Shown here in pieces: positions 30,076 through 40,837 of a stretch of DNA of 64,000 nucleotides. The first letter of the stretch is position 1, and every line of letters begins with the position of its first letter. The notes beneath the pieces were generated by a model, which saw nothing but the letters and a program-made list of their open reading frames with translations, ran no database searches and was not told the origin of the DNA. The stretch covers positions 124,001 through 188,000 of the IMG/VR virus record IMGVR_UViG_3300042515_001753; one strand, 5' to 3'. Both the position numbers and the translations under genes were made by a program.

Positions 30076-31321
30076 TTTATGTTCACCTTGAAGAGTTTGT
30101 AGATGGCATCAGCAACAGCAAGTGCTTCTACATTTCCCATACAAATATGTTGAATTCGTTTATCTCCTTTTTCTTTATCAAACTGCCAATAAGAAATGGT
30201 GCATCCATCGCATCCCACATCAATATGAGTGTCTTCTACCGTATACCAATAATCTCCGTATTCTTGAATACGAACTTGGTTTGTGATTTCAATAGTCATT
30301 TGGAGTTCCTTTGGTTATGAGACTATTATAAGGCATCTGGTGCCCCTGTGGAGGGGTCTTGTGCCAGTTCGTCAAGTGTCCTCTGTTCTTCAAGGATTGT
30401 TTCAAAAATCATTCTGGTATAGGTTTCTGTTGCTCCCGACTGTCTTGCTAATCTTATAATGTCTTTATCTTTATTAGTCATCCACATAAACCTCAAAGAT
30501 AATTTTATTACGCACAATACCCATTATATCCCTTTCCATACTCATACTCGCAACCTGTGCTTTTCCTTGTTGGATTTTATCTACTACTTGTTGAAAAGAT
30601 ACATTCAAGTCATCAGGGTCATAACATTTTGCGAGTTTTCGTGGTTTTGATTTCTCTACTGGTTTTGGAGGTTCTGGTGGTTTTGGATTGTGGATTTCAT
30701 TATATTTTTCAATTAGTGGATTAGTCATTTTCTTTACAATACCTTTGATATTCCCAATGATGAACCATTTCTACAAGGAAGAACACTTTGAGGTGCTCCT
30801 TTGAGTTTCTCTGGGTTGAGTTTATATCCCGTTGTTCCTATTTTTAGTGTTGGTTCAATCATAAGGTATCCATTCGGCAAAACTAAAGATATAAGCAAGT
30901 CCCCATTCTAATGTATGAGGTGGTAGTTCGTCAATATGATTAAACGCAAGTCGTCTTGCTTCCAAGATGCGTTCTCTACCTACCGCAAGTAGATTTGCTT
31001 TAGAACCTTTGAGAAACTCATTATAATCTGCCTGATTATTCTGTTTCGCACCAGAGATATACAATCGTCTCATTTCAGTAAAAAGTTCTGCGGTTTCGGG
31101 GGCAAATGTAATCACTTCTTCCCCCAAAGGGATTTCCATAGTTTTCATCGCACTCATAGAAAACTTCATAGCATCTCTGGTTTCTTCTACTGATAAGGCA
31201 TCTTCATCCTCATCACGAAACTTATACTGAATAATACCATTTGAACATTCAATCACTCTCAACAGAGCAATCTTGCCCTTCTCTGCGTCAGGTAGTGCTT
31301 GAAATCTTGTGTCCCAGTCAA

Positions 31322-31924
31322 TCATTTTTTTCCAAGTCTCCAACCATCACCGGGACATTCTAGCATCATTTTACAATTTCCGCAACCATCATTCCACCAC
31401 TTTTTACCTTTTCGTGCCTCACTCATTTTTCTTCTGGTTTCTTCTGAATGATTTTTACCTTTTTGCGATTCACTTAATTTTCTTTTGGTTTCTTCGGAAA
31501 AAGTTTTACCTTTTTGCGATTCACTCATATTTCTTCTGGATTCTTCTGAATGAGTTTTACCTTTATGTGATTCACTTATTTTTCTTCTTATTTCTTTTGA
31601 ACGAGGTTTGCCTTTAAGTGCTTCACTCATTTTTCTTCTGGTTTCATCACTTACAACAGCACCAGAAACTCCATCTCCACCATTAGTTTTATTATGAAGA
31701 ATACCAGTTCCCAAATCTTTTCTACCGAACACCGCAATCATATAAACCTCGTGCCTAAACGATTCTTCTTCGGTTAAGTTTTGTTTTAGAATAAGTATTT
31801 TTGATTTATCTTTTGGTGGTTTGATGCCTTTATCTCTTCTTCTATATGCCCTATTACCTTTACCTTTTCCTATGTAATAAGGTGTCTTATCTTCACGCAA
31901 ATATGCGTAAGTGTAGTAATACAT
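31322..31924 (-). CDS. GIY-YIG homing endonuclease with NUMOD3 repeats
   Basis: YYTYAYLRED.TPYYIGKG..R, E..MI..FGR, L.N.T.GGDG; about 5 copies of SEETRRKMSE.KGK. Confidence 0.85.
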   Translation of the reverse strand: MYYYTYAYLREDKTPYYIGKGKGNRAYRRRDKGIKPPKDKSKILILKQNLTEEESFRHEVYMIAVFGRKDLGTGILHNKTNGGDGVSGAVVSDETRRKMSEALKGKPRSKEIRRKISESHKGKTHSEESRRNMSESQKGKTFSEETKRKLSESQKGKNHSEETRRKMSEARKGKKWWNDGCGNCKMMLECPGDGWRLGKK

Positions 31925-31967
31925 CTGCTTTATAGTGTGTCGTAATACTATTTATACAAGTTATACA

Positions 31968-32024
31968 AGAAAAGGTGCCCGAAAGCACCCAATCTTTGCT
32001 TCTGGTTACGACACACATAAGCAT
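31968..32024 (-). ncRNA. putative antisense sRNA cognate to the nuclease at 31322..31924
   Basis: ATAAATA 32028-32034, hairpin 31997-32023, terminator 31974-31989 plus TTTTCTT; complementary to the leader at 31926-31945. Confidence 0.6.
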
Positions 32025-32184
32025 CATTATTTATTTATTTTGTTCCCAGACCATTTGGTGCGAGAGTTTGTCTCTCAAGGAATTAATTCTTTCGTCATCA
32101 TACTGCTGAAAGTTTCCTTTCTTCTCTATTTTTTTGTAATAGTGTAGAGCATTTATAATTATACCATAATCTTCTATTGTAATA

Positions 32185-34373
32185 TCAATTTTCATAACTC
32201 AATTGAATAATCTTTGATATATCTATTGTTGCGAAGAATGTCTGTAATCCTACAATATCCCAAGTTTTAATTTTAACACAGAACGGAACCATTGCCAATC
32301 CACCAATCAAACGAAAATAACACCCCAACTTTACATCCACATAAAGAAGAATGAAGTATCCAACCAATAACAGAATACTACCAATAATACGAAGAGATGT
32401 TGCTGTTAATTTAATCACATTCTCATTTTTAATACTTCTGCCGTTACTTCTTGTTGTTTCATATACAACTTTAGCATACCTTTGAGTGAAATCTGTAGTT
32501 CTTCTACATTCTCACAATTATCAATATTTCTTGCTAATTTTTCATACTCAAACATCTTTGAGGGATTTGTGAGTATAATATCATCTGGATGTCCCATCAT
32601 TTTTCTTATAAAACTCTATTTTAAGTTGAGTAATGAGTAAATCAACTTTATCTTCAATACGAGTAAGTCGTTCCTCAATAGTATCTATAAGATACTCATC
32701 AATTGCTTCTTTTTTAACTGAATAAGGGTCAATCGTTGCCATAGTTCCTTGTAGTGAATTGAGTAGTTGTTCGTCAGTCATTTTGCGTCTCCGTTACTGG
32801 TGGAAGTGGTGTTACTGGAGGTAGTATAACAGGTTCTGGTGCTGGTAGTTGTAGTGGTTGTGCCACTTCTACAACTGGTTTTTGTGATGTCACTTCTTCC
32901 AGTTGTTTCTCAAGTTGCATAATCCTCTCATCAAGTGCTGATGGTGGAGTATTCGCAGAACTTTCGGCAAGTTTATAACCAGCAACACTCACACCAAAGA
33001 TACTTGCGAGTGCTGCAACAGCGGAAATAGTTTTAGTGAAACTCATAATCAGTCGGCATTTTCGGTGTAGTATTCATCACGATAAGTATTCAAATTTCTA
33101 CAGTACCAAGAAAGAACATCAACAGAAACACTATACTTCCAGATATGAAGGTCAAATCCAAACAAGGAAGAATGTCCGACATTTACAAGCAAACCAGAAC
33201 TTCCTGCATATTCATTAAGGTCAACATTCAACTGAAGCAAGCAAAGTCGTTTGATTTGTAGAATATTCAGGTAATACTCTTTGCCGAAATCATCAACAAA
33301 CAGATAATCAATTAGTTTCATTTTCCTCAAAATTAAAGTACATATCAAAATACCGGTAATACTTCTGCTTTTTTACATCCCTGTGATTCTACCATATTCT
33401 TCCAGAAAAAGGCACTCTCAACATCAAGGAAGACCGCAGACTGTTTACTGAACTGACCCTTTTTCTTGGGTTTGAGGTAGACAACGCTGTATTTCATAAT
33501 TAGGAAAATGGTGAGTACGAAGAGCATTATACACAATAAATGAGTTTGTAATAAAAATGGAGAGGAACGCAATCAGACGAACCACCGCAATTTGGTCCGA
33601 TTCTTTGTCGGTCTTACCGGTCTTCTCCCCCAGAGACTTTGCAATCAGTCTCCATAGATTACTTTGCTTCTGTTTCATAGTCTCCAATAATTTCTATATC
33701 TTTCCATTCATTTGGATAAACAAGCATACAAACACTTCTGAACTTATCATCATAGGTTTCTATACAAACTGTGACATATTCATCACATACGAATTCAATA
33801 ACCCCAGTGCATTTCTTATACTCAACTTGAATTCCTTCGGTGAAAGTCATCATACGAAACACATCTCCAGAGAAGTTTTCTTAGGTGGCATAGCAGTATA
33901 TGAAGTAGTATTCTCTATATTTACCTCTTTGCCAGCAGTCTTAGAATTCACAGGAGCATAATAGACTTTTTTCTTTGGCGAATAGAAACCCCACACAGTT
34001 TTGGTAGGAGCACCAAGATTATAGTCAAACTTACGAGTACAGCACAACCAAATACGAATCATTCTTGTATTGAATTGTTCGTACTCATAAGAATACTCTT
34101 TTGTGGGTGCCTTATGAGGAAACTCGGGAATCATTAGGTTAAGAATGCTTCAATTACTGAACTTTGATAGTCATCTTTTAAGGCAAATTTTTGTGCTTTG
34201 ATGACATTTTCACGAAGTTTATTATAATGTTCTGAATATTGATTGCCGTCCTCAGAAACAATTAAATCAAAACACTCATTATCACTTTTTGCAATTACAT
34301 TCCAGATTCCAGAATATTCTGAGATGGGGAATGGCAAAAAATGCTCCACAAGATACAAATACTTTTGGTCCAT
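32185..34373 (-). other. small conserved-type cyanophage ORFs (32185-32418 membrane, 32415-32600, 32581-32781, 32774-33046 Pro-rich with signal anchor, 33049-33321, 33445-33687, 33659-33862, 33850-34134, 34134-34373)
   Basis: Coupled ORF chain. Confidence 0.55.
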
Positions 34374-34443
34374 TTACCTTATTTGTTTAACAGATATATC
34401 ATAAGTTATTTTAGAGAAAAAGTCAAGAAGAATGTGACACCTA

Positions 34444-35136
34444 TTAAACTGTCCACAACTTATTTGCAACAATCTTTTCAAATGTTACAAGTTTAATACC
34501 AAACATTTCCGCTATTTGTATATTTTTATATTGTTTTAATGTATGCAATTTTCTAATTTGATTAACTTTATCCCAATTAAGAATTGCTCTTCCATTTCTT
34601 TCCCCAGGAAGACCTTTTCTGCTTGTATCTTCTCTAATTTCCCTTTCTTTTTGATATTTCTCAACTTCTTCTTCAGTTCTTGGAATAATTTTATAACCTT
34701 TATGTTGTAATCTTTTTCCATAAAGAGTTTCGTGAATATGACCCGCATTTAGATTATTATCTCTACAATATTTGGATAGATTTTTTATCAGTTCTCTTTT
34801 TCCATTTGGTTCTTCTACAAGATATTCTTTTATACAATATTCTCTTCCTTGATTTCCACCGGTAGTTGTATTATATCCATTATTAAAAGTATCGTATGTA
34901 TGAATCCAGTATATTTCCATTTCATTTAATAAAGAAATATCATATTCTTCTATTATACCCCAAATAAATCCATCCTTACCATATTTTTTAAGGGCATTTG
35001 CAAACTTGTGATTATAATTGACACAATCTAAAAAATGCTCTCCAATTCTTGAATTTATATATTTTTTAATTGTTTGTCCAATATATTTTTTTCTTGTCGC
35101 AATACAATAGGCACAATAAATCTTACCTTTAGACAT
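34444..35136 (-). CDS. GIY-YIG homing endonuclease
   Basis: GKIYCAY...KYIGQT..R..EH, E.YWI..Y.T..NGYN.T.GG; start reassigned to MSKGKIY after TATAAATA. Confidence 0.85.
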   Translation of the reverse strand: MSKGKIYCAYCIATRKKYIGQTIKKYINSRIGEHFLDCVNYNHKFANALKKYGKDGFIWGIIEEYDISLLNEMEIYWIHTYDTFNNGYNTTTGGNQGREYCIKEYLVEEPNGKRELIKNLSKYCRDNNLNAGHIHETLYGKRLQHKGYKIIPRTEEEVEKYQKEREIREDTSRKGLPGERNGRAILNWDKVNQIRKLHTLKQYKNIQIAEMFGIKLVTFEKIVANKLWTV

Positions 35137-35171
35137 ATCTGCTCTTTTGTTGGGTGCAATAGTATTTATAC

Positions 35172-35230
35172 AAGAAAAGGAGCATCTCTGCTCCTCCTCT
35201 ACCTGTGAAGATTGCACCCAACTCAGGCAT
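35172..35230 (-). ncRNA. putative antisense sRNA cognate to the nuclease at 34444..35136
   Basis: CTAAATA 35234-35240, hairpin 35200-35229, terminator 35178-35195 plus TTTCTT; perfect 12-nt complement to the leader at 35149-35160. Confidence 0.6.
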
Positions 35231-35395
35231 CACTATTTAGTTTAGCAGAATGTTGTAGACAAGTCAACTGGCGGCGAAGTTCTGTATGAATCGGTACTAA
35301 GTATGAGTTAAAATAATGCTCGTATTCATTATCTTTCATAAGTTTTCTAATACCCCCCACTTGTTGTAGTGCCAGAAGAATCTTGATTTCATTAG

Positions 35396-36810
35396 TCATA
35401 GAAACTCCGCAACAAAGTAATCAACCGTCAATTCCAGTTTTGCGGCAGTGCTTTCAATATATTCATCTAAAATCTCAGGAGAATCTTGCTGAATAATGGC
35501 ATAGTAATTATACCAGAGAGGGGAAAGAACTTCATTCATTTGGAGTAACGGCAATTGGGGTGAGATTCTGGAAGTGAGGCACATACAGTATCATATGCCT
35601 TGAACAGTTTTGCATCACGATGAGCAAGTGCTGCATTATACATCAGAATGCCGATGAATGCCAGAAAGATGTAAGTAACTTTCATCAGCAGGCACCCATC
35701 ATAGGATTGACATTAGCAGGTTGAGTATTGAATCCGGTCACTTTATAACCAAGACCGATACGCTCATCACACTCACGCTCAAAGTCACTTTTGGTGATAC
35801 ATTTAGTGCTCATCGTATCCACACCTTGAAACTTGAGAACCTTGTAGATAAACTGAGTATCACCGGCAACGGGGAAATAGTCAACAACCATTGTGCCGGT
35901 GGTAGAAGTGAGTTGCATGGGGTGTTCCGTTGATTACCTTGTAATTATAGGGCATTACCAGCACCACAGTAGTGCCGCTGTGCCAGTTTGGAAATTGGTT
36001 TTGAGTGTCTGGGATACCATAGGCAGCGGTCGGTGCTTGGAGAGGCACCCAGAACCCTTGCAAACACTAGGGTCAAAACCTGATTTTTTGCGATTTTCAC
36101 CCTTTAGGTGCTATGCTTGGTCTGGTGCGGGCAGAATCTGCTGTTTTTTGAAGTTCCTCATCCTTGTTTGAGACAGATACGATCCATTATACACATAGCA
36201 AGGTCAAATTGCAAGTCCTCATCAACTTCTCCAAGTTTTTCTTTCAGAGCATCAGGGACAACTTGCTGCATAAATTCACACCAACGCTCATCCTCATAGA
36301 TGTAATCAATCACTTCAGGAACCAGTGCCGATGCCAGATTGCTGATTGTTTGACTAGAGAGTGCCATAATTAGTTAGTAGGAAACTTGAGATTGTATTTG
36401 GAAATGAGAAGGTCTCTTACAAGTTCGCGGTCAATACTATCACCACAGAACTCTTCATTCTTGATTTGAAGAATCTGAATCAAATCATCAGTTGCTTTTT
36501 GAATCAGAGGAAGAGTTGCATCCATAGGATAGATTCCACCTTCACCATAGAAGGAGAAAACATAATCCACAAACTCATCAAGTTGTTGGTCGGTTTGAAT
36601 TGTCATTTCAGTTACCCTCACCAATAGAGTTAAGAATGTGACGGGCAAACTTCATAAAATCATATGAAGTCACGCCGTAAGGGTCAAAACCATCAAGCAT
36701 ATCAGTCTGATTGTAGGTATTCACAATCAGCAGGCAGGCATCATAGAGTGCCGCTTGGTGCTCCTCCTTGGAGTGAAAAGAGATGGCGCTGTATGCGGGC
36801 AGAGTCACGG
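35396..36810 (-). other. small hypothetical ORFs (35396-35539, 35685-35918, 36158-36367, 36370-36606, 36608-36807)
   Basis: ORFs downstream of promoter cassettes. Confidence 0.5.
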
Positions 36811-36836
36811 GTTCCGTTCCCTTGATTACCTTGTTA

Positions 36837-37313
36837 TTATAGGGCATTCATCAGGCGGTTGGGGAACCACCATGCCACTTTGGGAGCTGGCACACCCTGT
36901 TTCTCAATTAAGTACTCCAGATATAGGGTTTCTTCTTGCTCCCGTGCCTCAATTTCGTGCCCTTGATACCAATATTCATAATCTTCCATGCAATCTTTAC
37001 CATAATACATTTTTCCGCGTTTCTGGCGGAGAGAACCTACTACCCACTGCCTCAGGTGAGTCAGTTCATGAAAAAGAGTTTTTATATACAACTCTTCTGA
37101 CATATGAGTATTCAGTTCAATCAGGAACTCTCTGGGGCGATAGGTTTCACCCAGAACATCACACCAACCATAAACGTGCTCACGCCTCAATCCACGATGA
37201 ACAATCTCCACATAGATTTTGTGGCGTGGGAGGAACTTATTCAGAAACCAAGAGGCAACATCCTCACAGGTCCGCTTGCGATAACCGTATCCACTGTGAA
37301 AAATGGTACTCAT
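36837..37313 (-). CDS. zincin-like metallopeptidase (HExxH)
   Basis: TLFHELTHLRQW and a downstream HEIEA. Confidence 0.65.
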   Translation of the reverse strand: MSTIFHSGYGYRKRTCEDVASWFLNKFLPRHKIYVEIVHRGLRREHVYGWCDVLGETYRPREFLIELNTHMSEELYIKTLFHELTHLRQWVVGSLRQKRGKMYYGKDCMEDYEYWYQGHEIEAREQEETLYLEYLIEKQGVPAPKVAWWFPNRLMNAL

Positions 37314-37486
37314 AGCAAGTTCTCAAAAATTACAGAAGTCAATCGTGTTCCCCAATTCATAAAAACGATGAATGAAGAGATAAAAATCAGTTTATCAGTC
37401 TTGGTCATTATTTGAATGTAGACAATAATTAAAGAACAGAGCAAATGATGCCAACCCTAACCACCAAAAGAAAATCGTAAGCATAA

Positions 37487-37912
37487 TCAGCAACCAAACA
37501 TTAGTGCTCCAATACCTGCACCAAAAATACCCCACGAATTACTTCTCTTATTTCCATAAGAATAATTGTAACTACCAGAGTTACGGTTGCGAGTATAGTT
37601 GGAATTGTAGTTGTATCCCGTTTGACCTGAGAGAGCAGTTGCTAGTCCATAACCAACGGCAGCACCAGCAGCAGGATTGCAGACTCTCTGGCGCTGATAT
37701 GTGGGATTCCAATTGCCACCACTCACCTGATTACAAGGAACATTATAGGATTGAGTCTGAACTCCACCCGGATAGTAGTTTCCGTACTGGTCATAACCAC
37801 CGCGAACATAGACCTCCTGATATTGAGTACAGACACCAAATTGATTCACCTGTTGTGCCATTACTGGTGCGGGTAGGAATACCAGTGGAAGAAGGAGAAG
37901 AAGTTTTTTCAT
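37487..37912 (-). CDS. exported/membrane glycine-zipper-like protein
   Basis: Signal peptide MKKLLLLLPL; GAAVGYGLA and GAGIGALMFG. Confidence 0.55.
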   Translation of the reverse strand: MKKLLLLLPLVFLPAPVMAQQVNQFGVCTQYQEVYVRGGYDQYGNYYPGGVQTQSYNVPCNQVSGGNWNPTYQRQRVCNPAAGAAVGYGLATALSGQTGYNYNSNYTRNRNSGSYNYSYGNKRSNSWGIFGAGIGALMFGC

Positions 37913-38164
37913 TTTACTCCGTAAATTGTATCTATTTGGGTTTTTACTATAAGTCCAGATGCCTTTGCCTTTCTAACTGCCATTCGGACTGCGGTTTGCT
38001 CTGCTTTTGATTCTGCCCCAAGAATATCATACAAATCATCATGAAGACGAATGTATTTTGCTCCTTTTTTAATAAGAGAGTTGATAATCACGGTTGCGGC
38101 AACATCAAAAGCGGCAACATAGTCACCAGAGGCAGAAGGTTTGAATGAGTACATGATAAAATCC

Positions 38165-38623
38165 TCAGCGAGCATAAAGATAAGAAGATGCCCAGTCGGC
38201 ATTCTGCAGCAACCACTCCCTCTGCTCAATAATGCGGAGATCGTAGCGAACACCTTTGGCAGGAGATTTCCAACTGGCACTTTTATAAATTTGTCCAGTC
38301 TTCTTTTCTATGAATGCATGAACAGAACGGGAAGGAGAACGATTAGGACCGTTATCAATTACCATAATGATTTTGTGATACTTGCGACCACTCTCAATAA
38401 TAAACTCATAATTACAAATACCTTCTTTCAGATTGGCAATCTGCTTCTGGTGATACTCATGAGTATCAGCATCATCAACAAACTTCTGGTGAGACTTAAT
38501 GCTGTAATCAATAAAGTTCTGCTTGAGAGCATCACACAGCATCAGAGTCCATTTCGTAACATTCAACTGGATGGTGTTACGGGCGTCTTGCTGGGCAGCG
38601 TAGTCAGCGAAGGTGGTCGTCAT
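38165..38623 (-). CDS. conserved phage hypothetical protein
   Basis: GRKYHKI...SVHAFI.KKTG.IYK.ASWK.PAKGVRY. Confidence 0.65.
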   Translation of the reverse strand: MTTTFADYAAQQDARNTIQLNVTKWTLMLCDALKQNFIDYSIKSHQKFVDDADTHEYHQKQIANLKEGICNYEFIIESGRKYHKIIMVIDNGPNRSPSRSVHAFIEKKTGQIYKSASWKSPAKGVRYDLRIIEQREWLLQNADWASSYLYAR

Positions 38624-38843
38624 CGGTTTGCTTGCTTATGAGGTTATTATAGGGCATCCAGAGGGGTCTGGGGTCCCCTGTGTGCCAGTTCTTAACGTGA
38701 CACAGGCGGCGGAAGCTTCGGAGCATTCATTTCTACAGTAGTTTTCTGTAGATTAAGCATCATACCATCTAGGGCACCGGCAACTGGACTGAATCCAATC
38801 GTTGCAACAATAATACCGAAGATGGTTCCGGAAATGAAGTTAA

Positions 38844-39251
38844 TCATACGGCAAGAGCGGCAGGATGAATAGGAACTTCTTTTACCATATTGAGACCACG
38901 GGAGTCGTTAGCATAGCATACCCACTCACCATTAGTAAAGAGATACCAATACTCTTCACCGTCAGACAGATATTCATTCAAGTTAGCATCAAGGCGAGGA
39001 GGGCAATCTTCGTTCCTTTGCGAATAATATTGGGGACCATAAACACCCTGCACGACACTATCATCCCAACGTTCATCAGTCCAGCAGGAACTCATATCAC
39101 CACCATCAATCAGTTCTTCAGCAAGAGATTTTGCGTTGTAGTGAGTGTTGAGAATACGACCCAACCACTCAGGATAACCATCCCAGTGATGATAGGCAGA
39201 GAGCACAGAACCATCAGAGAGTTCAATACCAATTCGTGAGCGGGTTGCCAT
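38844..39251 (-). CDS. conserved phage hypothetical protein
   Basis: MATRSRIG...YHHWDGYP. Confidence 0.65.
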   Translation of the reverse strand: MATRSRIGIELSDGSVLSAYHHWDGYPEWLGRILNTHYNAKSLAEELIDGGDMSSCWTDERWDDSVVQGVYGPQYYSQRNEDCPPRLDANLNEYLSDGEEYWYLFTNGEWVCYANDSRGLNMVKEVPIHPAALAV

Positions 39252-39276
39252 CGGAGGCGTTTCGTTGATTACCTTG

Positions 39277-40146
39277 TTAGTATAGGGCATCCAGCAGCGG
39301 CGTGGAGGGGTCTTGTACCACTTCCTGAACTGGCACAGAATTCTTGATTCGTTCTTCGGCAATCTTATAGTAGTTCTCATCCATTTCAATACCAATAAAG
39401 TTTCTGTTAGTGTTCATACAGGCAACGCCAGTTGTACCAGAACCCATACAATTATCCAAGATAGTTTCTCCCTCGTTACTGTATGTTTTTATGAGATATT
39501 CCATCAAAGCAACTGGTTTTTGTGTGGGGTGAACAACATTTCTATCCAATCCAAACTCAATAATTTCTGATGGATAGTTAGTGTATTTTTGCTCATATTC
39601 AGTCTCATGAAGTAACTTATTGTTCTTACCCATGTGCTCTGGATTATGTAAGAAATTACCAAGACGCTTTGCGTTGTTTTTTTTCTTGACGTTCTTTTCA
39701 ATCAATCCCTGCGGATTGTATGTCATATTTTTTCCATTTTTTGATGCTGCGGCAGCTCCACCAGAAGAGAATACAACAACGTCTTCAGTACATTTCATAG
39801 GACGATAGTTGGCAAGAAGAAATCCAGTTGTCTTCTTCTTTTTCCAAATCCATTCATACTTAAACCATTCTAGATTACTCAAGATGAGTTGACTGGTGAA
39901 AGGTTGATCTGCTGTCAATACAACAGTTCCTAACGGTTTTAGAATGCGTTTGTATTGTTCCCACAATTGATCAAGTGGAATTACAGTATCCCAACCCAAG
40001 AGTCGATTACTTCCTTTACTTTCTACACCCCTTCTATCGCTAGTTCCATAGGGAAGATCGCAGAGGATCAGATCAACCGACCCATCTGCGATCTTGTTCA
40101 TTTCAACCAGACAATCACCGAACAGGAGTTGTGGAGATAATTGCAT
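39277..40146 (-). CDS. N6A/N4C DNA methyltransferase (beta class)
   Basis: GDCL, DLPYG, HPTQKP, LDNCMGSGTT. Confidence 0.9.
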   Translation of the reverse strand: MQLSPQLLFGDCLVEMNKIADGSVDLILCDLPYGTSDRRGVESKGSNRLLGWDTVIPLDQLWEQYKRILKPLGTVVLTADQPFTSQLILSNLEWFKYEWIWKKKKTTGFLLANYRPMKCTEDVVVFSSGGAAAASKNGKNMTYNPQGLIEKNVKKKNNAKRLGNFLHNPEHMGKNNKLLHETEYEQKYTNYPSEIIEFGLDRNVVHPTQKPVALMEYLIKTYSNEGETILDNCMGSGTTGVACMNTNRNFIGIEMDENYYKIAEERIKNSVPVQEVVQDPSTPLLDALY

Positions 40147-40744
40147 TCTTGAGAGTCTCATAAACATAATTGAGATAGTTTACTACAGTCTCTTGATTAA
40201 AACCAGTTTCATACCAGTTTACTGCTTTGCCGTTCACTTTCTTAGAACGACGACGACCAGTAAGGGAGAACATCTGGATACGATCACCGTAACCTTGAGT
40301 GTAGTTGCAAGTGTTGACCAAATCCTCACGAATGTCGATGCAATATCCAACAACACCAAACTTACAGTCAGGGTACAGTTGTTCTGCACAAGACATAATG
40401 ATGTTGCGAATAACTGCTCGCTTAAGAGTATAGAAGGGTTTGTCAACCCAAGCACGGTCTTCCTGAAGATAGGCATACTTACCATTTACCTTAACGTGCT
40501 GATCAAGACGTTCCTTACCAAATCCCTTGAAATCAGATTTGATATAGTCTTTACTATGCTCAATCTCGGTCTCAGGAAACTCTTCCTTCAAAAGAGTAAT
40601 CACAGAACTGAGAGCAAACTCAGACCAGGTTTCAAGTGCAGGACCAGAGTAATTTTTCAGAGGAACAGCAGTTAACCCCTGCCCCTTCTCAAACTGTTCG
40701 GTCAAGAGACCAACAACGTTTTCAGTAATGTTAGCGAGTGTCAT
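40115..40744 (-). CDS. hypothetical protein, possible cognate restriction endonuclease
   Basis: Overlaps the MTase start; LDQH...QEDRAW is a weak PD-(D/E)xK-like pattern. Confidence 0.35.
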   Translation of the reverse strand: MTLANITENVVGLLTEQFEKGQGLTAVPLKNYSGPALETWSEFALSSVITLLKEEFPETEIEHSKDYIKSDFKGFGKERLDQHVKVNGKYAYLQEDRAWVDKPFYTLKRAVIRNIIMSCAEQLYPDCKFGVVGYCIDIREDLVNTCNYTQGYGDRIQMFSLTGRRRSKKVNGKAVNWYETGFNQETVVNYLNYVYETLKNAIISTTPVR

Positions 40745-40837
40745 TTTTTAAAAATCCTCTACGTGGAGGGTTTGATGTTTGACTCCCATATTATAGACCC
40801 TCCATCAACCAAAGTCAAGGGGGGTCTTGTGTCAGTT

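Larger units (their letters stand above)
21103..31325 (-). other. hyperplastic array of about 45 small coupled ORFs, including duplicated and chimeric genes
   Basis: ORF track plus own translations; ATGA overlaps; cassettes at 22561, 24658, 26479 and 30360. Confidence 0.6.

Noticed and set aside
35137-35217. N-terminal extension of the GIY-YIG ORF in the supplied track
   Set aside because: It crosses a terminator and a late promoter; the true start is probably 35136.
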